Below, one piece after another: positions 42,121 through 50,336 of a stretch of 64,000 nucleotides of DNA; within the stretch, counting starts at the first letter, position 1; every line of letters begins with the position of its first letter. Below the pieces are notes generated by a model. That model saw only the letters and a program-made list of their open reading frames with translations. It had not been told where the DNA came from and ran no database searches. The stretch spans positions 1,120,001 to 1,184,000 of the forward strand of contig CAVUDP010000002.1 in NCBI GenBank assembly GCA_963740315.1, in the 5' to 3' direction. A program made the position numbers and the translations under genes. The DNA is from an uncultured cyanobacterium. GTDB lineage: Bacteria > Cyanobacteriota > Cyanobacteriia > Cyanobacteriales > Nostocaceae.

Positions 42121-43977
42121 GTGAAGCTGAGAACTAAGATTCTCGCTGGTTATGGTGTTAGTCTTGCTTTAATTCTCCTTGTTGGTGCTTGGGGTGTAGC
42201 GAATCTTTGGCGATTGGGACAGGCTAGCGAAGCGATTTTGCGGGAAAATTACCGCAGTATTCGTGCTGCTGAAGGTATGGTGGATGCTTTGGAGCGTCAA
42301 GATAGCGCTACTTTGATTTCGCTATCGGAAAATAGTACGAATGCTATTGATTTATTTGCTAACAATCAAGTTGAGTTTTTGCAGTGGTTGTCGCGAGCTA
42401 AGGATAATATTACTATCAATGGCGAAACTGAGATTTTAGCGAAGTTGGAAAAAAGCTATCGAGAGTATCTTAGCAGCGTTGCTCAATTTCGTTCTTTACA
42501 AAATCAACCCGAAACAGCAAGAAGTTTTTACAATCAATTGGTTTTACCGAAGTTTGAAGCAGTGCGTCAAGCTTCTATTAAGTTGCGAAATTTGAATCAG
42601 CAGACGATGGAAGCAACTTCGCAGCAAGCACAGGTAACATCGAGTAATGCGATCGCATCAATGATTTTTGCGGGTTCTTCTGCTGCTGTTTTGGGTTTAA
42701 TTTTTAGTTTAATTCTCTCTAAAAATTTAACGCACCCGCTGAAGAAAATTACTCAAGCTACTGAGGAAATTGCTGAGGGTAATTATGGTGTGAATATTCC
42801 GGTAGAGTCTAATGATGAGTTAGGACATTTGGCGGGAGAAATTAATTCAATGAGTCAAAAACTCAAGAATTTTCACGCTTTAAATGTTAATACTATTATT
42901 GCTCAAAAACAGCGCAATGAAGCGATTATTGATAGCATTACCGACCCAATTATAGTAGTAGACGATCGCTGCAATATTATTGATATTAATCCCACAGCTG
43001 CAAGCTTATTTAATGCTAAACCTAAATTAGCTGAAGGAAGACATTATTTAGAAGTTATTGAAGATAGGACTTTATATAATGAAATTCAAGCTACAGCCGA
43101 AGCTGGCGAGTCTTCACAAATAAACCCGGATCGATCGGTTTTAACTATAGAAAAAAACGGGATTGAGTATTTTTATCGCTACGTTACTACTCCGGTAAAA
43201 ACTGAAGATGGTAAACGTTTGGGTGTAGTATTGCTGCTGCAAGATGTGACTAAGTTTAAGCAAATAGATCAGTTAAAAAGCGATTTTGTGATGACTGCTT
43301 CTCACGAGTTGCGAACCCCTTTAACCGGGATGGCAATGAGTATCGATTTACTTTTGGAAACCGCACAGCAAAAGTTATCGGAATCAGAACAGGAATTATT
43401 ATTAGCGGCTTCCGAAGATGTACAACGCTTGCGGAGTTTAGTTAACGATTTACTCGACCTTTCTAAGATAGAATCTGGTCGAATTGATATGGAAAGGGCA
43501 CCGATTGAAGCTAATCTAATAATTGATAAAGTAATATCGCTATTTAAGGTGCAAACGCAAGAAAAAAATATTCAATTAAATAAAAAAGTAGCATCCGAAT
43601 TACCGCAAGTAAACGCCGATGCGAACAAAATTACTTGGGTGCTAACAAATTTAGTAGCAAACGCTTTACGCTATGCAAAATCGCAAATTGAAATTGCAGC
43701 CAAACAACACGGTAACTGGATTTATTTCTCGGTAAGCGATGACGGACAAGGAATCGATCCCGCATATCAAAGCAAAATTTTTGACAAGTTTGTGCAAGTT
43801 AAAACAGAGCGAGATATCGGTGGTAGCGGCTTGGGCTTGGCTATTTGTAAAGAAATGATCAAAGCTCACGGCGGCATCATTTGGGTAGATTCCACAGTGG
43901 GTGAGGGTAGCACGTTCAGTTTTACACTGCCAATTATTGTAAATTCTAATCAACAAGGAGAATTAACTCATGTCTGA
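42121..43977 (+). CDS. Membrane sensor histidine kinase (4-helix sensor, HAMP, PAS, HisKA, HATPase; KinB-like architecture)
   Basis: ILRENYRSI sensor start, HAMP (SNDELGHLA), SHELRTPL, NLVANALRY and GSGLGLAI. GTG start after a GAGG SD. Confidence 0.92.
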   Translation: MKLRTKILAGYGVSLALILLVGAWGVANLWRLGQASEAILRENYRSIRAAEGMVDALERQDSATLISLSENSTNAIDLFANNQVEFLQWLSRAKDNITINGETEILAKLEKSYREYLSSVAQFRSLQNQPETARSFYNQLVLPKFEAVRQASIKLRNLNQQTMEATSQQAQVTSSNAIASMIFAGSSAAVLGLIFSLILSKNLTHPLKKITQATEEIAEGNYGVNIPVESNDELGHLAGEINSMSQKLKNFHALNVNTIIAQKQRNEAIIDSITDPIIVVDDRCNIIDINPTAASLFNAKPKLAEGRHYLEVIEDRTLYNEIQATAEAGESSQINPDRSVLTIEKNGIEYFYRYVTTPVKTEDGKRLGVVLLLQDVTKFKQIDQLKSDFVMTASHELRTPLTGMAMSIDLLLETAQQKLSESEQELLLAASEDVQRLRSLVNDLLDLSKIESGRIDMERAPIEANLIIDKVISLFKVQTQEKNIQLNKKVASELPQVNADANKITWVLTNLVANALRYAKSQIEIAAKQHGNWIYFSVSDDGQGIDPAYQSKIFDKFVQVKTERDIGGSGLGLAICKEMIKAHGGIIWVDSTVGEGSTFSFTLPIIVNSNQQGELTHV

Positions 43978-44629
43978 AGCACGCATTTTAGTTGTAGATG
44001 ATGAAAAAAATATTCGATTGACGGTAGTGCAATGTTTGGAGCCGCAAGGTTATACCGTAAAAACTGCGATTAACGGACAAGAAGCACTTGCTCAACTTGA
44101 AGAATACGATCCTCAATTAATGTTACTAGACTTGCAAATGCCGGGAATGAACGGTTTACAAGTACTGGAAGCAGCAAAAGAACGTCTACCCGATTTACAC
44201 GTAATTATGTTTTCGGCTCATGCTAATGTCGAAAATGCCGTAGATGCGATGAAATTGGGAGCGGTAGACTTTATGCAAAAGCCTTTTACTCCCAAAGAAA
44301 TTCGCGAATTAGTATCAAGAGTGTTAGGTAGAGAAAACGTTTCCGATTTACCAACAGATTACGATTCATTGATATCAGCCGCCAAACATCGCGCTAGCAA
44401 GCGCCAATTTGAAGAAGCGATAACGTTAGTTAAACAAGCAATTGGTGTCAATCCGAATAATGCCGAAGTATTCAATATGTTAGGAGAACTTTTGGAAGTG
44501 ACTGGGGACAAACTCCAAGCAATAAAAAATTATCGCGTCGCTACAGATTTAGATCCATCTTACAAGCCAGCACAGAAAAATTTGGAACGAGCCACAATGG
44601 ACCCAAAATCTCGCCGCTTACGGATGTAA
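43970..44629 (+). CDS. Response regulator (receiver + TPR-like output)
   Basis: ILVVDDE, LLDLQMPGMNG and KPF, then FEEAITLVKQAIGVNPNNAEVFNMLG TPR. Overlaps the kinase stop. Confidence 0.9.
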   Translation: MSEARILVVDDEKNIRLTVVQCLEPQGYTVKTAINGQEALAQLEEYDPQLMLLDLQMPGMNGLQVLEAAKERLPDLHVIMFSAHANVENAVDAMKLGAVDFMQKPFTPKEIRELVSRVLGRENVSDLPTDYDSLISAAKHRASKRQFEEAITLVKQAIGVNPNNAEVFNMLGELLEVTGDKLQAIKNYRVATDLDPSYKPAQKNLERATMDPKSRRLRM

Positions 44630-44697
44630 GAATTGGGAATGGGGAATAGAAAGTGCGTGGAATCGTTTTATATTTTATATAAGATTAAAAAATTGGT

Positions 44698-45102
44698 ATG
44701 GCAAATCAATACATTGTAGTTGTAGGTTGCGGACGTTTGGGTTCGATTTTGGCGAGTCAATTGAGTGGTGAAGGTAATTCTGTTGTAGTTATCGATCGCC
44801 ACGAATCTGTTTTTGATAATTTGGGAGGCGAATTTAGCGGTTTTCATATTGTTGGTGATGCAACCGAATTAGCTGTATTGCGAAGTGCGAAAGCTGATAA
44901 AGCCGATTGCTTGCTAGCCGTCACCGATTCTGACAATATTAATATTATGGTGGCGCAAATTGCCAAAAAGTTATTTGATATTCCCACGGTATTAGCTCGC
45001 GTATTTGACCCAAATCGAGAAGCAATTTACCGCGATTTTGGAATTGAAACAATTAGCCCCACACAACTATCTGCGGAAGCTTTTATGAAAACAATTGGTT
45101 AA
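44698..45102 (+). CDS. TrkA-N (RCK_N) K+ transport NAD-binding protein
   Basis: VVGCGRLG, GDAT, AVTDSDNIN and ARVFDP motifs. Confidence 0.9.
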   Translation: MANQYIVVVGCGRLGSILASQLSGEGNSVVVIDRHESVFDNLGGEFSGFHIVGDATELAVLRSAKADKADCLLAVTDSDNINIMVAQIAKKLFDIPTVLARVFDPNREAIYRDFGIETISPTQLSAEAFMKTIG

Positions 45103-45269
45103 ATAATTTTTGATTTTTGATTTTTGATTTTGGATTGGGGAATAAAAATTAGGAGTTAGGAGTTAGGAGTTAGGAATTAAAAGATTTTAGATTTTGCATT
45201 GAGAGTTAGGAGTTAGAAATTTTAACCTTTGACCTCTAACCTTTGACCTTTGACCTTTCACAATAATTT

Positions 45270-45932
45270 ATGAAAATCATTCTAATTGGTAGTGATAAAT
45301 TAGTTTATTTTTTAGGCAGACAGTTTGCTAGTAAGGGCTATCAACTAACTATTATTACTCCCGATGAAACGCAAGCTTTAACTTTATCTCGCAAGCTGAA
45401 AGCAACTGTTATTAAAGGTGACGGTAGCAACCCGACAATTCTTCAAGAAGCTGGTGCTTATAGTGCTGATGTTTTGTTGGCTTTGACGGCTCAAGACCAA
45501 GATAATCTTGTTGCTTGTCAAATTTCTCAAGACCGTTATGGTGTACCTCGTACTATAGCTTTAGTTAATGACCCTGACAACCGCGAGGTTTTCCAAAAAT
45601 TGGGTGTGACTCAAGCTTTTTCAGCAACAGAAATTCTCGGTTCTTTAATTGAACAACAAGCGGATATTCAAGATATTAAAAATTTACTTCCCGTAGCAGA
45701 TACGGAAGTTACTTTAACAGAAATGACGCTGCAAGATGATAGTCCAGCTGTAGAGAAAACTCCCGAACAACTTAATTTAAATGGTGCCGCGATCGCCTGC
45801 ATTATTCGCGGTGGAACTGTCTTGCAGGCTAGGGAATACAGTCGTTTGCGGAGTGGCGATCGCCTGATTTTAATCAGTCAGTCAAACCAATGTGCTAAAG
45901 CTCAACGTGTGATTATGGGGGAAAAAGTTTAA
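45270..45932 (+). CDS. trkA: TrkA-family K+ uptake regulatory protein (RCK_N + RCK_C)
   Basis: GDGSNPTILQEAG, DQDNLVAC and C-terminal DSPAV...IIRGG...LRSGDRL. Confidence 0.85.
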   Translation: MKIILIGSDKLVYFLGRQFASKGYQLTIITPDETQALTLSRKLKATVIKGDGSNPTILQEAGAYSADVLLALTAQDQDNLVACQISQDRYGVPRTIALVNDPDNREVFQKLGVTQAFSATEILGSLIEQQADIQDIKNLLPVADTEVTLTEMTLQDDSPAVEKTPEQLNLNGAAIACIIRGGTVLQAREYSRLRSGDRLILISQSNQCAKAQRVIMGEKV

Positions 45933-45933
45933 C

Positions 45934-47409
45934 ATGAGTCGTTACAAAAGCTTTTTGCGCCAGCGTTACCGCGCTATCTTCGGCTATACGGGTTTAGTTT
46001 CTCTGATTTCCGGATTCGGTCTACTTTTACCCCTGATTGCATTAATTTTTTACCCCGAAGAAGTTCCATTGGCTTGGGGTTTTCTTGTACCCGGTATAAT
46101 ACTTTGCGTTCTGGGCTTTATTTTATGGCGGACTTTAGCTCCTAAAAAAGCCACCAGTCTGACATTACAAGAAGGTGCGGTAATTGTTGTTTTGTCGTGG
46201 TTAGTAGCAATTGTTGTCGGTACGATACCGCTGATGACAATACAGAATTTGAACTTTACCCAAGCAATGTTTGAATCTACCAGCGGTTGGACAACTACCG
46301 GGTTGTCAGTGGTAGACGTAACCAAAGCTTCCCGGTTGATATTACTTTACCGCAGCACCATAGAACTGTTTGGTGGAGCGGGATTGGCGATTATTACATT
46401 GAGCGCGATCGCGGGGCCAAGTGGTTCTGGTTTAGCAAGTGCGGAAGGGCGTACCGAACAGTTGGTTCCTAACGTGCGGCGATCGGCAAAGTTGGTTTTG
46501 GGCATTTATTTGGGATACATAATTGTAGGAACCATAGCGCTAGATTTAGCGGGGATGAGTTTCTTTGATGCGATTAACCATTCCTTCGCTGCCGTCTCAA
46601 CTGGGGGATTTTCCACTCGTCCCGAATCTATCGGTTACTGGGATAACACTGCCGTAGAAGTGGTAACAAATGTATTGATGATTGTCGGAGCATTCAATTT
46701 TGTTACCAGCTATATGTTGCTCACGGGTAAGTTTAAATCTGTAATGCGTAACGGAGAAATCCGACTGCAATTTTTCTTCTACGTCTTGTGTAGCATTCTT
46801 TTGCTGTTTGGTGTAGTTTTGCCACTTTATCCCAACTTAGGCAAAGCAATTCGAGTATCTATATTTGAAACCATCACCGCTCTTTCCACAACTGGTTTTT
46901 CTACTGTGGGATATACTGACTGGAACGGATTGGGATGGTTAATCTTAATACTACTAATGTTGATTGGTGGGGGAAGCGGTTCGACAGCAGGCGGTATAAA
47001 ACAGATGCGCGTATATATTCTTTACCGCGCTTTGATGTGGGAAATACGGCGGATGTTAATGCCAGCAGGTACGGTGAATGAAGCTCATATTTGGGAAGGC
47101 GATAAACGGAAATTTCTGCAAAACGACCAAGTTAAACAAATTAGTATATTTGTATTTCTTTACTTAATGGTTTTTGGAATTGGTAGCGCGATAATCGCCG
47201 CTCACGGATATTCGTTGCAAGAAAGTTTGTTTGAATATGCCAGCGCAATGGGAACAGTAGGTTTATCCGTGGGGGTAACTGCTGCCGATGCTGCACCTGG
47301 TTTGTTGTGGGCAGAAACTGTAGGGATGTTTTTAGGGCGTTTAGAATTCTTCACAGTATTTGTGGGAGTAGTGCGTTTGTTGCGCGATACTCGTCCGATT
47401 TTGGCGTAA
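45934..47409 (+). CDS. trkH: TrkH-family K+ uptake permease
   Basis: FESTSGWTTTGLS, STGGFS, STTGFS, GSTAGGIK and MFLGRLEF motifs. Confidence 0.95.
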   Translation: MSRYKSFLRQRYRAIFGYTGLVSLISGFGLLLPLIALIFYPEEVPLAWGFLVPGIILCVLGFILWRTLAPKKATSLTLQEGAVIVVLSWLVAIVVGTIPLMTIQNLNFTQAMFESTSGWTTTGLSVVDVTKASRLILLYRSTIELFGGAGLAIITLSAIAGPSGSGLASAEGRTEQLVPNVRRSAKLVLGIYLGYIIVGTIALDLAGMSFFDAINHSFAAVSTGGFSTRPESIGYWDNTAVEVVTNVLMIVGAFNFVTSYMLLTGKFKSVMRNGEIRLQFFFYVLCSILLLFGVVLPLYPNLGKAIRVSIFETITALSTTGFSTVGYTDWNGLGWLILILLMLIGGGSGSTAGGIKQMRVYILYRALMWEIRRMLMPAGTVNEAHIWEGDKRKFLQNDQVKQISIFVFLYLMVFGIGSAIIAAHGYSLQESLFEYASAMGTVGLSVGVTAADAAPGLLWAETVGMFLGRLEFFTVFVGVVRLLRDTRPILA

Positions 47410-47563
47410 GTTTACAGAGGAATTATATTTTAAACGCAAAGGTACGCGGAGGTTTAACGCAAAGTTTCGCAGAGGAGAGATATTACTTACTTTCTTACCT
47501 CTCTAAATCTCTTCCTCCGCGCTCTCTGCGCTCTCTGCGGTTTTTTTAATCCGGTATTTTGTG

Positions 47564-47842
47564 TCAAGAAGAAATTAATCCGCGCAATTCTTCTATAGAA
47601 TTAACAGTTTTAACTTTCCTTTGAATCACCTTTAATTGTTCTAAATCGGTAATTTGAGAAATTTGTGGCATTAACTGCAATCCTTCGTTACCGAATTTGA
47701 CTTCTAAAGCTATTTCAATACCTGACAATCTCTCTTCTCGTCTTCCACGTGCTTCACCACGAGCTTCACCACGAGCTTCACCTTCTCTCAAAATCTGCTG
47801 ATACCAAAGAGATTCACTTAATATTGCCATATCCCACCTCAT
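47564..47842 (-). CDS. Stand-alone copy of an Rpn-family C-terminal module
   Basis: Intact 92-aa ORF nearly identical to the C-terminal ~90 aa of 47864-48730. Confidence 0.7.
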   Translation of the reverse strand: MRWDMAILSESLWYQQILREGEARGEARGEARGRREERLSGIEIALEVKFGNEGLQLMPQISQITDLEQLKVIQRKVKTVNSIEELRGLISS

Positions 47843-47863
47843 TAAAAGTAAAAATTCGGAGGT

Positions 47864-48730
47864 TTAAATACTTTGGATTAATCTTTGTAATTCTTCTAAG
47901 GAATTTACAGTTTTAACTCCCCGTTGAATCACCTTTAATTGTTCTAAATCGGTAATTTGAGAAATTTGTGGCATTAACTGCAATCCTTCGTTACCGAATT
48001 TGACTTCTAAAGCTATTTCAATACCAGATATTATTCCTCTTCTTTCACCACGGGCTTCACCACGAGCTTCACCTTCTCTCAAAATCTGCTGATACCAAGG
48101 AGATTCACTTAATATAGCCATATCCCACCTCATGATTTGTTTAACTAATGCGCTATCTAATACGAAGGTAGCAAAAAACGCTAAAACGGTTTCTAATTGA
48201 TTTAAGTCTTCATCAGCACGAAGTCTTTGTAAGGCTTGCTGTATCGTTGCTTCTTCTGCTCCATCTTTAAGAATTGGTACAAAGGGGAGTAGAGAAGATA
48301 AGTTTTGTTGAAATGCTGTTTCAACATCGACTTCCCATAAATTAATTACGCGATAATCTTGACGAGCTATTATTCCGGCAAATTCGGATTGGTATCGGGT
48401 AGGGATTTCGGTTTCACTTACTTTGAGAATGTTGATTAATACGGGATAAACGGGAAGATTATATTTCTCTTCTGCTAACGATATATAAGCCCGCATTCGT
48501 CTGGGCATTTCGACTTTATAGCGTAATTGTAACTCGTTTAAAACCAGAAATTCCCCATATTGCGGACTTTGAGCGCGGATAAGTACGTCGGATTCGCGGC
48601 TTATCCATTGAAATTCCGAGTCGAGAATTTCTGTTGCTGTGATGTCGGGGATTTGAGTTACCCACTTTACCCATTTATCTGGTGCGAGGCTAATTATCTT
48701 TTTGCTGCTGATATCGGCGGATTTTGTCAT
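47864..48730 (-). CDS. Rpn-family recombination-promoting nuclease / putative transposase (PD-(D/E)XK)
   Basis: ADISSK, ESDVLI, LNELQ, MPRRMRAY, YRVINLWE, LLPFVP and ESPWYQQILREGEARG repeats. Confidence 0.82.
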   Translation of the reverse strand: MTKSADISSKKIISLAPDKWVKWVTQIPDITATEILDSEFQWISRESDVLIRAQSPQYGEFLVLNELQLRYKVEMPRRMRAYISLAEEKYNLPVYPVLINILKVSETEIPTRYQSEFAGIIARQDYRVINLWEVDVETAFQQNLSSLLPFVPILKDGAEEATIQQALQRLRADEDLNQLETVLAFFATFVLDSALVKQIMRWDMAILSESPWYQQILREGEARGEARGERRGIISGIEIALEVKFGNEGLQLMPQISQITDLEQLKVIQRGVKTVNSLEELQRLIQSI

Positions 48731-48797
48731 GGAAGTAGATGCATGGAGTCGAGATAATTATTTTAATCTTTTGTGGGAGGAAAATGAGTGAATTGTT

Positions 48798-50039
48798 TTA
48801 AATATCTAAATCTTGTGGGTTTTTAATTGTGCCATCAGGCATTATAGTGTTACAAAATATAGGATTATACTTCTCGATAGAATAAAGTGAAAGTTTGCCA
48901 CCTAAAAAGTTTGCATTAGTAAAATTAGTTCTTTTAAAATAAGTTAGGTACAAGTTAACATTTGTTAAATTTGCACCTTTTAAATTAGCATCATCAAGTG
49001 TTGCTCCTTCAAGATTTGCATTTGTCAAATTCGCACCTTTTAAATTAGCATCATCGAGTCTTGCTCTTTTAAGATTTGCATTTGTCAAATTCGCATTGAT
49101 TAAGTTAGCACCATTCAATTGTGCTGATTCAAGATTTGCATCAGTTAAGTTAGCATTTTCTAAGTTAATGTTGTATAAATGTTCACTTAACCAGGCTCCA
49201 CTTAAATCGGCTCCTTTTAAATTACTATCGCGTAAATATATACGCCGTAAATTTACTCCACGTAGGTTTGCTCCAGCACCAACAAAAATCAATTCTGATA
49301 AATCCATTCCATCGGGAAACTTTGTATTAATACCATAAAAAGCATTTTTAAAATTTGCTCCTTTAAGTTTAGCTCCACATAAATTTGTGTAAGTAAGATT
49401 GGCATCTCTCATGTCAGCATATTTTAAATTAGCACCTTCAAATACTGTTTCAAGAAGACTAGCATCTCTCATGTCAGCATATTCTAAATTAGCACCTTTA
49501 AATACTGCTCTATATAAAATCCTATCTCTAAAATCTGCTTTTCTTAAATCAGCAGCACTAAAATCAGAATTACGAACATTTGCTAGCAACAAATTAGTTA
49601 GACTGGGGTGGATTATTCCATAGTATCCGGCTTCAGGATCGTAACATCGAATTGGTGCTGTTTCTTCGTCAAGAACAATAACTAAACCAGCAGCACTATT
49701 ATCCGAAGCGCAAGCAAAAATTATCAGCCAATTGCGTTCAAATTTATCGTACTTACTTCTAGTTGCAATTTTATAACTGTTTAATGAAGCTTTCACAGCA
49801 TCTTCTAAAGGTAAAAAACCATAAGCATAAAGAAATGGAAGCGAACTTGCATCACCTTCCATACCGTTACGCCATTGATATAGTTCGTAAAGTTCTTCTG
49901 GAAAGGGAAAACCTAAGTCTTTAATTCGTTCGTCTATTTCTTTTCTAGTAAGCCCTGGTTGCAATTTTTCTGCTAGTTCGGGGTTGTGTTCTAAATGATG
50001 ATTTCGGATTCTTTCTAAGGCTTGTGTTAAGACTGACAT
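48798..50039 (-). CDS. SMI1/KNR4 (SUKH)-like domain fused to pentapeptide repeats
   Basis: LQPGLTRKEI...FPEELYELYQWRNG...FLPLEDA N-terminus followed by many A(N/D)LxG/N pentapeptides. Confidence 0.85.
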   Translation of the reverse strand: MSVLTQALERIRNHHLEHNPELAEKLQPGLTRKEIDERIKDLGFPFPEELYELYQWRNGMEGDASSLPFLYAYGFLPLEDAVKASLNSYKIATRSKYDKFERNWLIIFACASDNSAAGLVIVLDEETAPIRCYDPEAGYYGIIHPSLTNLLLANVRNSDFSAADLRKADFRDRILYRAVFKGANLEYADMRDASLLETVFEGANLKYADMRDANLTYTNLCGAKLKGANFKNAFYGINTKFPDGMDLSELIFVGAGANLRGVNLRRIYLRDSNLKGADLSGAWLSEHLYNINLENANLTDANLESAQLNGANLINANLTNANLKRARLDDANLKGANLTNANLEGATLDDANLKGANLTNVNLYLTYFKRTNFTNANFLGGKLSLYSIEKYNPIFCNTIMPDGTIKNPQDLDI

Positions 50040-50149
50040 TTTCCTTTTTTTATGTAAAAATTTTTATAATTATTGTAAAATAATTATCATTTATTTGTTG
50101 TTAAAAATTGTTGATGTAATTTAAATTGTGTCTAGGAAAATAAGCGTTG

Positions 50150-50327
50150 TTAACTAATCTCAGATGGTGCGTTAGACGATTTTCTCAATTATCGTTTATT
50201 TAATAATTAATCGTGCGTCTAACACACCCTACAATCTATAATTAACTAATCTCAGATGGTGCGTTAGACGATTTTATAAATTATCGTTTATTCAATAATT
50301 AGTCGTGCGTCTAACACACCCTACAAT
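50150..50327. repeat. Two tandem 92-bp-period REP-like elements
   Basis: TTAACTAATCTCAGATGGTGCGTTAGACG...CGTCTAACACACCCTACAAT at 50150 and 50242, with a few loop differences. Confidence 0.9.
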
Positions 50328-50336
50328 TTAGATAAA

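Noticed and set aside
50150..50327. Possible CRISPR repeats
   Set aside because: Only two units, and the interiors are near-identical. This fits a duplicated REP element.
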